From NCBI GenBank assembly GCA_021790255.1, contig JAJYIE010000003.1, forward strand, positions 68 through 64,067: a stretch of DNA of 64,000 bases, read 5' to 3'. Of the stretch, positions 1 through 9,471 are shown piece by piece. Position numbers and translations under genes: made by a program. The notes beneath the pieces were generated by a model. That model was not told the origin of the DNA. It worked only from the letters and a program-made list of their open reading frames with translations, and searched no databases. How positions within the stretch are numbered: the first letter of the stretch is position 1; each line of letters begins with the position of its first letter. The DNA comes from a bacterium (GTDB lineage Bacteria > Patescibacteriota > Microgenomatia > Daviesbacterales > UBA10151).

Positions 1-369
1 TTTGAGTTTGATTATCCGGCTAACTGGGGGCTTTTGACTTGCCAGGGCAATCAAAATATCGAATTTGATCCGGTGAGCAGTACTGATCAGAAGAACGTTG
101 CCTGCAATGAGGCGGTCAAGCCGATCACGGTAATTGTTTCCGATACTTGTCCGGGGCAAACAATTACTTTGGGGAACAATCAGGTAACAAAATCCACAAC
201 CAATATTTCCACCGGCCATGTCGATTATGAGTGGTGTCTTAATGTAGCCGGCAAGGGTTTGGATATCACCCATCGGGTTTCCGTTGCCGGTGCCCCGGCT
301 CACAGTAAACTGGATTATTCCGCTCAGGTGGAACAGATGATTTCCACCATCCGCCCGTCTGCAAAATAA
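1..369 (+). CDS. 3' part of a hypothetical exported protein (PsbP-like FxFxYPxxW start), truncated by the window edge
   Basis: Frame is open from base 1 (FEFDYPANW...) to TAA at 367-369; C-terminal 'QMISTIR' pattern. Confidence 0.55.
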   Translation, partial: FEFDYPANWGLLTCQGNQNIEFDPVSSTDQKNVACNEAVKPITVIVSDTCPGQTITLGNNQVTKSTTNISTGHVDYEWCLNVAGKGLDITHRVSVAGAPAHSKLDYSAQVEQMISTIRPSAK

Positions 370-453
370 CACCCCGCGGGACTTATGTAATTTTTCCGTA
401 CTTGGTAAGAAGCCAGACTTTCGTTAACCGCTGCGACCATATATACTCAAGCT

Positions 454-738
454 ATGTTCAACGAAGATTTGGCTGATAATTTAAAAAAGACCGCCGGTGA
501 AATTTTGTCAGAAACTGATCTTATAAATATTTTTTCCGGAGCAGGAAAAGTTAACCTTGTGGGAAGTTACAGGTTAAACCTGATGAGTCAGCCGGATATA
601 GATATGACGGTAAATTCTAAGTCTCCTTCTTATGATAAAGTTAAAGAGATAACGGCTCAGTTAACCGATTCCGGAAAATTTCAATCAGTGGGGCTGACGG
701 ATATATGCCATGGCTTTGTTGCAGAAAGGGGTAGTTAG
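454..738 (+). pseudogene. Truncated nucleotidyltransferase (Pol-beta superfamily N-terminal part)
   Basis: LVGS...PDID motif; only 94 aa; stop overlaps the stop of the convergent gene; TATACT 6 nt before ATG. Confidence 0.5.
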
Positions 739-1544
739 AATATTTGTACCTGCGACTGTTGCTTCAATTCCTGGAACTTTTGAGAATAAATTTGGTTGAG
801 CTTTTGCTGCTTTAGTATATTGGTAGCCTCTTTAATTTGCCCGGCTGAATCAGTGGCAGTCAGCTGGTCTTTATTGGTGGTGATGAACTGATTAACTTCA
901 GCAGCAGAAACAGAGGCCTCGTTGGCATACATTTTTTCCATCATCAAAAGTATTTCCAGCTGGCTACGCAAATCTTCCCTTGTCTGGCCTTGTTGGGAAA
1001 GCAGGCTGTCGAGCATCTGTGGACCGCCGACATTGCCCTCAAGTTCTGTAATTCTGGCATCAACTTCAGCAGGAGTGATGCTGATATGTTGTTTTTGAGC
1101 GGCATCAGCGATAATTTTTTCATTAATCATCTGGTTTAAAGTTTGGCTGCGGTATTGCTTATTCATCCGGTCCAAAAGAGAGTAATTGCTGATCGGAGAA
1201 CCGTTTACCGTGGCGGCAACAAACCAGCTTTTTTCATAAGAAATAAGCAGAGCCAGAGCGATAACCAAAACGCCTAAATAAACTACTTTGGAAGGGCGGT
1301 ACCTTTTTACATTTTCCAAAGTCTTTTTATCAAACTTAACTTTTTTAGGGCTTAAAGCAGCTAGCCTGCTTTTAGTAATTTGCAGATAAGACGTTTTTTG
1401 TTGGACTGGAGTTTTTTCAGCTTTGTTCGGGCGGCCGCGTTTGGCTACAACATTAGTTGCAGCTGCCGCCACAGTGTTTTTTTTAGTAATGCGTTTTTTT
1501 GGAGCAGTTTCTGTGGCAGCTATTTTTTTAGTTTGTCTGGCCAT
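735..1544 (-). CDS. SurA N-terminal domain / PrsA-like membrane-anchored chaperone
   Basis: Basic N-terminus, TM helix, 'VAATVNGSPIS', 'TLNQMINEKII' typical of SurA_N. Confidence 0.75.
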   Translation of the reverse strand: MARQTKKIAATETAPKKRITKKNTVAAAATNVVAKRGRPNKAEKTPVQQKTSYLQITKSRLAALSPKKVKFDKKTLENVKRYRPSKVVYLGVLVIALALLISYEKSWFVAATVNGSPISNYSLLDRMNKQYRSQTLNQMINEKIIADAAQKQHISITPAEVDARITELEGNVGGPQMLDSLLSQQGQTREDLRSQLEILLMMEKMYANEASVSAAEVNQFITTNKDQLTATDSAGQIKEATNILKQQKLNQIYSQKFQELKQQSQVQIF

Positions 1545-1775
1545 TGGGGCGATAATAGCAGACTAAATGTGAATTTTGCAAGAGGTATTTTAATTAAGTG
1601 GAATTATTATACAAATGGATAGAAAAAGATTAAGAAATACTTCGGAAAAAGTTATGACTACTTTTTGCTGAAAATTGTTACCAGGATGCTTCGCAATATT
1701 GAAGTAAAATACATCGGAATAAAGTTTAGAAAAAATATTAAAATAGCAAAGTAAATTATCAATTTTCAGGCTAAG

Positions 1776-2495
1776 TTAATTCATGATGTAAATATCCACA
1801 AAGTGGCTGGTCCAATTTTTGGTCTGGTCGTTATCAAATCCCAAGTCGACCATGTTGCCATTAACGCCGCCGCCGGTATCACCCGCTAAAGCCGTGCCGT
1901 ACCCAGGGACATAAAATTTGCTGCCCAGTTTAATGACTGAGGGATCAACCGCCGCAATGCCTTTCCCGGCCTGAAGACCTAAAGAGGTCCGTCCGGTGCC
2001 GCTGCATGTTGAGCAAAAAGGCGTATAGTCGGTGGCCCAGACATGTAATTTCTCCCAATAGCTAATCTGTCCGTCAGGGGTATCAAGTGTGTGCCAGACG
2101 ATTTTAGTGCCGCGGGAGATGATTTTATTTGTGGGACTAATGGTTTTAGTGGCCGTAACTTCCCGCTGGTACTCCCGGCCTTGGTAATAAGTTATTTTAA
2201 TTGTGCGGGTTATTTTACCGAGTTCGCCATCCTGAGCGACCGTTTGTGTGCCTGCTTCAGCATTCGGATCATCCTGGTAAACAGTTTTAAAGGGGATATC
2301 TTCACTTTCCTCTGTGAATTTGCTGGTAAAACGTGACTCTGTGGTGACCGGAGGTAGTGAAGCTGCCAGAGTAACGCGAAGATGTGGAGCGGTCAGATCG
2401 GCTGAGGTGTTTTGCCGGCTGATTGTTAAAGCAACCATAACCAAAACCAGTCCGAGAATAGTTTGCACCTTAATGCTGGCAAATCCGTCTAACAT
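1776..2495 (-). CDS. G5 + 3D domain cell-wall protein
   Basis: G5 (IPFKTVYQDDP...QDGELG) and 3D (AAVDPSVIKLGS...AGDTGG...VDL) motifs. Confidence 0.85.
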   Translation of the reverse strand: MLDGFASIKVQTILGLVLVMVALTISRQNTSADLTAPHLRVTLAASLPPVTTESRFTSKFTEESEDIPFKTVYQDDPNAEAGTQTVAQDGELGKITRTIKITYYQGREYQREVTATKTISPTNKIISRGTKIVWHTLDTPDGQISYWEKLHVWATDYTPFCSTCSGTGRTSLGLQAGKGIAAVDPSVIKLGSKFYVPGYGTALAGDTGGGVNGNMVDLGFDNDQTKNWTSHFVDIYIMN

Positions 2496-4372
2496 CAGGC
2501 ATCCAGCCAGTCATCCTCATCGGCACTTATGCTGATATTATCCAGGAACTGTTCCCCTGGGGGACCGGCTATCTGGCTATTACTTTCTATCAAATCCTCT
2601 GGGATGTCAATAAGAAAGCGGGAAATTAAGTTATTGGAACGGGTACCAAAATAAAGCCTTTGGCGGGTGCGGGTTAAAAACAGCAAATTTTTAGCCCTGG
2701 TCAGACCGACATAACAGAGCCGCCGCTCTTCTTCCATCTGGGCCGGGTCTAAAAGACAGCGGGAATGGGGGAATAAACCCTCTTCCATGCCGACAATAAA
2801 CACCACCGGCCATTCCAACCCTTTGGCCTGGTGCAAGGTGGTCAAGGTCACCGCATCTTTGGTACTCTTTTTCAGCTTCTCATCTGAGGAATATTCACTT
2901 TCCACCAGGGCAACATTTTCCAAAAACTGCGCCAGCTGAGGAGTTTGCTCCGCTACCGACCGGATCTCTTTGACGTTTTCCACCCGTGCCTTGCCGAGCT
3001 CGGTTCCGTCATCAATGTACTCCAGATAGTTTGTTTTCTCCACAACTTTGTCCAGCAGTTCCAAAGTGGAATAGTCCGAAGGACTGGTTCCTATCTCAGA
3101 AACTATCTCCCAAAAATGAGCGGCTCGGGTCTTGCCAATTTTTTCGATACGGCTTTTAGAAACTGTATCGGCCGGGTTTAAAATCAGCCGCAGATAGGCA
3201 AGGATGTCTTTGATCTCCTTGCGTTCATAGAAGCGGATACCGCCTATTAGTATATATGGAAGGTGATGTTTTAGAAAAATTTCTTCGAGGATCCGAGACT
3301 GGGCGTTAGTACGGTACAGAACGGCAAAATGAGATAATGGTAGTCCCAACTCGGTAACTTTCTGCACCACAAACTCTGCCTCCTCCTCTTCATTTTTTGC
3401 CTCTGTAACATTGATTTTTTCACCGCGGGGGTTGTCGGTCCAAAGTTTTAGGATAGGATGGGTGGTGTTTTTAGAGATAACAGAGTATGCAGCATCAAGG
3501 ATATTTTGAGTGGAACGGTAGTTTTGCTCCAGGTTGAATACTTTTGCCTGCGGGTAATCGTTTTTGAAGTTGACAATGTTTCGAAAATCGGCGCCGCGGA
3601 ACATATAAATTGACTGGGAAGCATCTCCCACTACGCAAATATTACGGTAGCGGCTAGCCAGCATTTTGGTTAAAAGGTACTGGACGGGGTTTGTGTCCTG
3701 ATACTCATCCACTAAAATATAGTGGAAACGGATTTGGTAGGAAGCTAGGGTAGCCGGATAATTTTGAAAAATCTTAACGACAAGGAGCAGGAGGTCGTCG
3801 AAATCAACGGCTTTGTTTTTTTCCAGGATTTTTTGATATTCCAGGTAAATTTTGGCCACCTGCTCCTGATAAAATCCTCTGGCAAAACGGGGATATTCCA
3901 AGCTACCGATCATCTCGTTTTTGGCTCCAGAGATAGTTTGCCTGATGGCGAAAGGGGAATTTTTTTGGGTAGAAATATCCAGGGCGGCCATAGCCTGTTT
4001 GACGGCATCAATGGAATCATTTTCATCATAGATGGTAAATGATGGCGGCAGGCCGATCAGGTGACCATCCTGACGCAGGATCTTGGCACAGACGCTGTGG
4101 AAGGTTCCCATCGTAGGAAGTGGATTGTAGGTTGCTGGTTGTTGGTTGATAAGGTTGAGGATGCGGGTTTTCATCTCGTTTGCTGCTTTGTTGGTGAAGG
4201 TTAAACAAAGAATGCCTTCCGGAGAAACACCATTGCTTATTAAATAGGCAGCTTTGTAAGTTAATACTCGGGTTTTCCCACTACCTGCTCCTGCCAGAAT
4301 AAGCACCGGACCATCAGTGCTCTTAACTGCTCTCTGTTGGAGATCATTAAGCGATGATAGGTCGACGGTCAT
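2495..4372 (-). CDS. pcrA: ATP-dependent DNA helicase PcrA/UvrD
   Basis: AGAGSGKT, TFTNKAA, VDEYQD, LEQNYRS, AKGLE, EERRLCYV motifs. Confidence 0.95.
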   Translation of the reverse strand: MTVDLSSLNDLQQRAVKSTDGPVLILAGAGSGKTRVLTYKAAYLISNGVSPEGILCLTFTNKAANEMKTRILNLINQQPATYNPLPTMGTFHSVCAKILRQDGHLIGLPPSFTIYDENDSIDAVKQAMAALDISTQKNSPFAIRQTISGAKNEMIGSLEYPRFARGFYQEQVAKIYLEYQKILEKNKAVDFDDLLLLVVKIFQNYPATLASYQIRFHYILVDEYQDTNPVQYLLTKMLASRYRNICVVGDASQSIYMFRGADFRNIVNFKNDYPQAKVFNLEQNYRSTQNILDAAYSVISKNTTHPILKLWTDNPRGEKINVTEAKNEEEEAEFVVQKVTELGLPLSHFAVLYRTNAQSRILEEIFLKHHLPYILIGGIRFYERKEIKDILAYLRLILNPADTVSKSRIEKIGKTRAAHFWEIVSEIGTSPSDYSTLELLDKVVEKTNYLEYIDDGTELGKARVENVKEIRSVAEQTPQLAQFLENVALVESEYSSDEKLKKSTKDAVTLTTLHQAKGLEWPVVFIVGMEEGLFPHSRCLLDPAQMEEERRLCYVGLTRAKNLLFLTRTRQRLYFGTRSNNLISRFLIDIPEDLIESNSQIAGPPGEQFLDNISISADEDDWLDA

Positions 4373-5178
4373 AAAGCAAATCCTTTAATAAACTTTTGAA
4401 ATTTTCGCTCCATATATAATTCTGTGTCGTGGTACATATAGCCGAATAATTTCAAAGAAGCTTTATGCCCGCAACTCAAAGTATAATAAGGAGTCTGGTT
4501 ATTTGAGAACCTAGTCTGTATATTACTCGCATAGAGTTCATGTAAAACGCCTGATAGTATGTTATGTATTCCTTGAGCCATATTTAAACTGGCAGTGTAA
4601 AATATTGTAGCAACTGGGCTGCGATATTTATTTGTGTTTCTAAGAAAGACGCAACCATCTCCGTCAAAATAACCCCTTAGAAAGTGACGAACTAGATTAT
4701 TCGGTATTTTGGGGAAATTTAAGGTTAACCTTTTTCTCTCTGAAATACCAAGTTTTAACAAATCATCAAAGACCACGCGATCACAAATTCTTAAACTAAA
4801 GGATATTTTGTTGTTATTTCTGTGGTTCTCATGCACTGGACCGTTATACTCTAAAGTTAATTTAATTTTTTCTATAATATCCCGATCGTCGCATGCGATA
4901 TGTAATATATGGGATCGACCACTATGGCAAATATTGCCGTCGGCTGCAATAAAACCTAAAGTATAAGCCATATTTGCTGACCATTTCTTGAAGAAGTTGG
5001 AGTTGACGGAGTACTTTTTAACTTTTTGCTGAATAGGTAGATATCTTACTCTTGACTGAATAGAAGCCGGAGTACGCCTAATATCTTTTCCCATTTGCTT
5101 GTATGTAAGCTTATGTACATTTGCTTTTAAAAAATTAATCTCTTGGGAAGTCCATGGGTGAGTGAATTGATTTGGCAT
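4369..5178 (-). CDS. Free-standing double-motif LAGLIDADG homing endonuclease with N-terminal HTH-like domain
   Basis: AYTLGFIAADG and FLRGYFDGDG motifs; no intein splice residues; AT-rich; TGnTATAAT 6 nt before ATG 5178; stop overlaps pcrA start (ATGA). Confidence 0.85.
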   Translation of the reverse strand: MPNQFTHPWTSQEINFLKANVHKLTYKQMGKDIRRTPASIQSRVRYLPIQQKVKKYSVNSNFFKKWSANMAYTLGFIAADGNICHSGRSHILHIACDDRDIIEKIKLTLEYNGPVHENHRNNNKISFSLRICDRVVFDDLLKLGISERKRLTLNFPKIPNNLVRHFLRGYFDGDGCVFLRNTNKYRSPVATIFYTASLNMAQGIHNILSGVLHELYASNIQTRFSNNQTPYYTLSCGHKASLKLFGYMYHDTELYMERKFQKFIKGFAL

Positions 5179-5237
5179 ATAAGTATTATAACAAAGCCGC
5201 AACCCATATATTTCAGTTTTCTACTCCGTTCGATTGT

Positions 5238-5438
5238 TTACCAGAAAATTCTCGGTTGCGCTCCTTTTTCTTTGACAAGATAAGCCGCCTCGTGGGTTAA
5301 GGCCTTTGTTTTGCCGCTTCCAGCGCCTGCTAAAATCAGGGTCAGACCATCTGCGGCTTTAACAGACTCATGCTGGACGGGATTTAAGTCTGCTAAAAGA
5401 TTAGGGACGTTCATACTGAGCGTAGTCGAAGTGGGCAT
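5238..5438 (-). pseudogene. Orphaned 5' fragment of pcrA/uvrD
   Basis: LNPVQHESV...LILAGAGSGKTKALT matches the PcrA Q-motif/Walker A; frameshifts and stops just before TFTNKAA. Confidence 0.85.
5409..5433. repeat. REP-like half-element (CTGAGCGTAGTCGAAG type)
   Basis: gttcatactgagcgtagtcgaagtg; related to 20684-20715 and 36072-36159. Confidence 0.55.
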
Positions 5439-5718
5439 GGTGGGAGTATCTTAACACCAATGTAAGCCGAGGGCAATTTGGCGAGTTACTTTTTAAGACT
5501 TAATATCGCTGGGGTACCCTTTCCCGGATGAGGGTAGATATCCAAGGCAGCCCTGTGACCCAGTAAAATATTTTCCGGCAGATTGTCTATAAGAAGTTTG
5601 GGTTTAGGTATAGAAACTGGTTAGGGTATAGATATTGGGTATAGGCAACCTAACAGCGAGCCCTATTCCAAAACCTCTCGCCTCCTGTCCGTCTGCTCAG
5701 ATTTAATCAGGACATGTC

Positions 5719-6048
5719 TTAACTGCTCTGCCCTCCGTTGCCATGGGCTGATAAATAGGCACCGGCGTGATCAGACTGATTCCCCTGGGGTTTATCCTGC
5801 GGCAGGAGCAGGATGCCGGAAGATGGGGAGAGGGGAGGGGAATGATCCATAGCTACCTGCGGAATACTAGTCGGCATTTGGATACCGGCTTGGATATTGT
5901 CAGCTGAAACTTTCTGGGTACCAACTTGGCTGCCCCCCATTACCATGAAAAATACCTGTGAGCCAATTTGCGGCGGGATAGTTGCCGGCTTTCCGTCATG
6001 AGTAAACGAGGCCAAAAGTGCCATTAAGGCTGCTAAAAATTGTGGCAT
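5719..6048 (-). CDS. Hypothetical secreted low-complexity protein
   Basis: Hydrophobic N-terminus after ATG 6048, GGTGA SD-like motif. Confidence 0.5.
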   Translation of the reverse strand: MPQFLAALMALLASFTHDGKPATIPPQIGSQVFFMVMGGSQVGTQKVSADNIQAGIQMPTSIPQVAMDHSPPLSPSSGILLLPQDKPQGNQSDHAGAYLSAHGNGGQSS

Positions 6049-6208
6049 ATAGTTTTCACCGCTTACTCCTAATGGTTTGCTTAACAATAGTGGCCTATAT
6101 TAGGACGGAAGACAGGAAGAAGTAAGAAAATAGCAAGAAAAGGTCAGGCAGTTTTGATAAATTTAGGCTTTACTTGTTGTTGGCCGCGGTGGTATGATGT
6201 TTCCCGCT

Positions 6209-6466
6209 ATGGTACAACTTTTGGATTTTTGGGCGGAGTGGTGTGGTCCCTGCCAGATTATGAAACCTGTTGTGGAAGAGCTGGAAAGAGAGCTTAAAGG
6301 TAAAGTTGAAGTGAAATCCGTTGATGTGGATGCCGACCCAAATGAAGCTTCCAAATTTGGCATAATGAGTATTCCCACATTTGTTGTCCTAAAAAACGGG
6401 AAAGAGGTTGGCCGCAAAATTGGGGTGACTTCTAAGACAGAGCTCATGAAGTTGGTTAATAGTTAA
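6209..6466 (+). CDS. trxA: Thioredoxin
   Basis: WCGPC and SIPT motifs. Confidence 0.92.
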   Translation: MVQLLDFWAEWCGPCQIMKPVVEELERELKGKVEVKSVDVDADPNEASKFGIMSIPTFVVLKNGKEVGRKIGVTSKTELMKLVNS

Positions 6467-6486
6467 TAGTTTAAGACCAAAGGTCA

Positions 6487-6524
6487 CAAGCTTTGCTTAA
6501 GACGTAGTCGCAGGCTTTGCTTAT
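6487..6524. repeat. 38-bp structured intergenic repeat, copy 1
   Basis: CAAGCTTTGCTTAAGACGTAGTCGCAGGCTTTGCTTAT; 36/38 identical to 14184-14221. Confidence 0.9.
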
Positions 6525-6599
6525 TGTTGGTAGTAATGTATCGGCTGACACATATCAATCCACTATCTGCTGCCCGCAACCAGCACCTGATTCATTTTT

Positions 6600-6923
6600 A
6601 TGAACTTCAAAGACCGTGTGATTAAAGTTGTCAGGCAGATTCCCCCGGGTCGGGTAACCACCTACGGCACAGTGGCCATATTGGCAGGGATGCCAAGGGG
6701 TAGCCGGCTGGTGGGAGGGGTTTTACATTTTAACAGCGAAAAATACAACCTTCCCTGGCAAAGAATTATTAACCGCCACGGCTTTATCTCCACAACTTGC
6801 CTGGAACACCCGAAGCAGGCCCAGAAAGCCCTGCTTGAGAATGAAGGTGTAGAAGTCTCGGAGGATTTTATTGTAGACTTAAAAAAGTACGGATGGCGAG
6901 GAAGGGAGAATAAATTAACCTAA
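6600..6923 (+). CDS. MGMT family / alkyltransferase-like (Atl) DNA-binding protein
   Basis: IPPGRVTTYG, RLVG, PWQR (Trp in place of catalytic Cys). Confidence 0.85.
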   Translation: MNFKDRVIKVVRQIPPGRVTTYGTVAILAGMPRGSRLVGGVLHFNSEKYNLPWQRIINRHGFISTTCLEHPKQAQKALLENEGVEVSEDFIVDLKKYGWRGRENKLT

Positions 6924-6967
6924 GTACTAATTCAGGTCAATTCGGGTTTAGAGCAATTAGAGACTTT

Positions 6968-7642
6968 ATGAAAACACTCTGGATTGTCGCTAACTGGAAA
7001 TCTAATAAAACCATTGCCGAGGCTCTGGATTGGGTGGGGCAGGTGGGGCCGAAACTTATTCACAAACCCGGTATTCAGGTGGTGGTTTGCCCGACTTTTC
7101 TGGCGGCGGAAGAGGTAAAAAAAGTCGTGATGGTAGGCCACTTTCCCTTACTGGTCGGAGTGCAGGACCTCTCCCCATTTGAGGAAGGTCCCTTTACCGG
7201 GGAAGAAGCAGCCAGAATTTTGTCGGATGTGGTAGACTTAGCCATTCTGGGCCATTCAGAAAGGCGGCAAAACTTTGGGGAAACTGATCAAATGGTTGCG
7301 CAGAAAGTAGCTCAAGCCCTAAAGTATAATATTAAACCGCTTGTTTGTGTGCAGGGTCCAGATACTCCGGTGCCACCCGGGGTAAAGCTGGTAGCTTATG
7401 AGCCGCTTTTTGCCATCGGCACAGGTCATCCGGAAGATCCGGTGAATGCCAGTCAGGTGGCCCGCCAGCTGAAGGAAAGAGTGGATACGTCTTTGCAGGT
7501 GCTCTACGGTGGCAGTGTGACGGGAGAAAATGTCGGCAGTTTTTTATCTGTGGAGAATTTATCTGGTCTTTTGGTGGGCGGGGCTTCCCTTGACCCGCAG
7601 CAGTTTGGCCGGATTGTCCAGTCTGCCTACGAAACGAACTAA
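6968..7642 (+). CDS. tpiA: Triosephosphate isomerase
   Basis: ANWK, GHSERR, AYEP, YGGSV, VGGASL. Confidence 0.95.
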   Translation: MKTLWIVANWKSNKTIAEALDWVGQVGPKLIHKPGIQVVVCPTFLAAEEVKKVVMVGHFPLLVGVQDLSPFEEGPFTGEEAARILSDVVDLAILGHSERRQNFGETDQMVAQKVAQALKYNIKPLVCVQGPDTPVPPGVKLVAYEPLFAIGTGHPEDPVNASQVARQLKERVDTSLQVLYGGSVTGENVGSFLSVENLSGLLVGGASLDPQQFGRIVQSAYETN

Positions 7643-7644
7643 AT

Positions 7645-8856
7645 ATGGACGATTTAAGGCCGGTTAGACTGCATAAAAAACGATATCCGCAATTCTCATG
7701 GAGCCGCCGCTATCTTTTTTTGCCTATTCTGGTGTTGCTTGGTGCTGTTTACCTTATTTTCGGCCGGCAGGGGGATTCGCCTGTCCTCCGTGTTTTGGGA
7801 GGAGGCAGCAGCCTGAAAATATATGACGGGCGGGTGAATATCCTTCTTTTGGGGATTGCCGGGGGCAACCACGACGGACCAAATTTGACGGACACAATTA
7901 TGGTTGCTTCCTACGATACTCACAGCCATAATGTAACCCTGGTTTCCATTCCCCGTGACCTGTGGCTGAGTGATTACCACGGCAAAGTTAATACTTTGTA
8001 TGAAGATGGCCTGGCAAAAGGTAACGGACTGGGGTTGGCGGAGCAAAAAATCGGCCAGATCTTGGGGATAACCATACCTTACGGGGCGCGGATTGATTTT
8101 GACGGATTCACTAAAGCTGTTGATTTAGTGGGAGGGGTGGATGTAGTAGTACAGCGCTCCTTTGATGATTACGCTTATCCTTTTCCCGGCAAGGAAGCTG
8201 ACATGTGCGGCTATAAGGAAGCAGTGCATGATATTACTGACCAGCAGGCCAGAACATTGGGTGTTGAAAAAGGCAAGCTAAAAGTCTTGCTTGACCCCCA
8301 GGGCAATATTGCCACCGCCGCCGCCACTCCCGACGCGCCCTTAGCATATAACGATGATCAGGTGCTGCAGTATTTTTCCTGCCGCTTCGAGCATTTAACC
8401 TTTAAAGCGGGGCCGCTGCATCTGGACGGAGCAACTGCCTTAAAGTATGTCCGCTCCCGCCACGGCACTAACGGTGAGGGCAGCGACTTTGCCCGCTCCA
8501 GGCGCCAGCAGCAGGTTTTGCAGGCGTTTGAGGCTAAGGTCTTTTCTTTGGGAACTTTAGCTGACCTGCCGAAGGTTATAAGTTTAATCAGGACTTTCGG
8601 TGAAAGCTTGGACACGGATATTCCCCAAAGTGAGTATCCTGATTTTTTGAAACTGGCAAAAGATGTCGGGCCTATTAAAAGCTATGTTATTGACGGTGCT
8701 GGCAGCCCGGAATTTTTAATTAACCCTGATCCGGCAGATTATGGAGGCTCCTGGGTGCTGATTCCACCGAATAACGACTTTACAGCTGTCCACAGTTACA
8801 TTCATGGGATTTTATCACCCGAAACAGCTTCCGGTTCTGCACAGGTTAAGCAATGA
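7645..8856 (+). CDS. LCP (LytR/CpsA/Psr) family glycopolymer transferase
   Basis: TM helix, NILLLG, TDTIM, SIPRD, YVRSR, SDFARSRRQQ. Confidence 0.9.
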   Translation: MDDLRPVRLHKKRYPQFSWSRRYLFLPILVLLGAVYLIFGRQGDSPVLRVLGGGSSLKIYDGRVNILLLGIAGGNHDGPNLTDTIMVASYDTHSHNVTLVSIPRDLWLSDYHGKVNTLYEDGLAKGNGLGLAEQKIGQILGITIPYGARIDFDGFTKAVDLVGGVDVVVQRSFDDYAYPFPGKEADMCGYKEAVHDITDQQARTLGVEKGKLKVLLDPQGNIATAAATPDAPLAYNDDQVLQYFSCRFEHLTFKAGPLHLDGATALKYVRSRHGTNGEGSDFARSRRQQQVLQAFEAKVFSLGTLADLPKVISLIRTFGESLDTDIPQSEYPDFLKLAKDVGPIKSYVIDGAGSPEFLINPDPADYGGSWVLIPPNNDFTAVHSYIHGILSPETASGSAQVKQ

Positions 8857-9380
8857 ACTTAATTTTGCTGGGGGGCAACAGCCTACAAAATAAAACCTGG
8901 ATTAAAGAGGTGGAAATGGTTTTCAAGCCTGATTTTGATTCAACCAGAATTCAATACTATGACCATTGGCAGACCGGTGAAAAGGTTATAGGCTTCGATA
9001 AAGAACTGGAAAAAATGGTTAGCAGTCTGGCCGGGCAAAAAGATTACGTTATTTTTGCTAAGTCCATCGGCACATTTTTAACCTTAAAAGCAGTTCACCG
9101 GAAACTGATTAATCCCAAAAAGTGCATTTTTGTCGGCACGCCGGTTTTATGGAGCCGGGCGCATAATTTCGGGGCGGATGAATGGCTGGAAGGATATAGC
9201 ATTCCCACTTTGTTTGTGCAAAAAACTTTGGATCCGGTGATGCATTTTGCTGATTTAAAAACCCTGCTGGAACAACTGGCGGTAAAAAATTACCGGTTAG
9301 TAGAAATTCCCGGAGAAAGTCATGATTATGAGAGTATTGATCAGCTGAAAGGGCTGACTCTTAAATTCCTTTCCGGATAA
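8853..9380 (+). CDS. Alpha/beta hydrolase-fold protein
   Basis: AKSIG nucleophile elbow, DP, C-terminal His. Confidence 0.65.
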   Translation: MNLILLGGNSLQNKTWIKEVEMVFKPDFDSTRIQYYDHWQTGEKVIGFDKELEKMVSSLAGQKDYVIFAKSIGTFLTLKAVHRKLINPKKCIFVGTPVLWSRAHNFGADEWLEGYSIPTLFVQKTLDPVMHFADLKTLLEQLAVKNYRLVEIPGESHDYESIDQLKGLTLKFLSG

Positions 9381-9471
9381 ATCCGCTACTTCACTAATTT
9401 TGCATTTTGGGCTCCAACGTCTGATACCCCCACAATTTGACCCGACTCATGGATTTTGCTAAATTTGTGCC

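Noticed and set aside
4369-5237. Group I intron or intein in pcrA
   Set aside because: The downstream pcrA already has a complete N-terminus, the nuclease has its own promoter and stop, and no splice residues or intron core were seen.
5600-5646. Three GGTATAG units
   Set aside because: Irregular spacing; more likely a remnant of a Pro-rich coding sequence.
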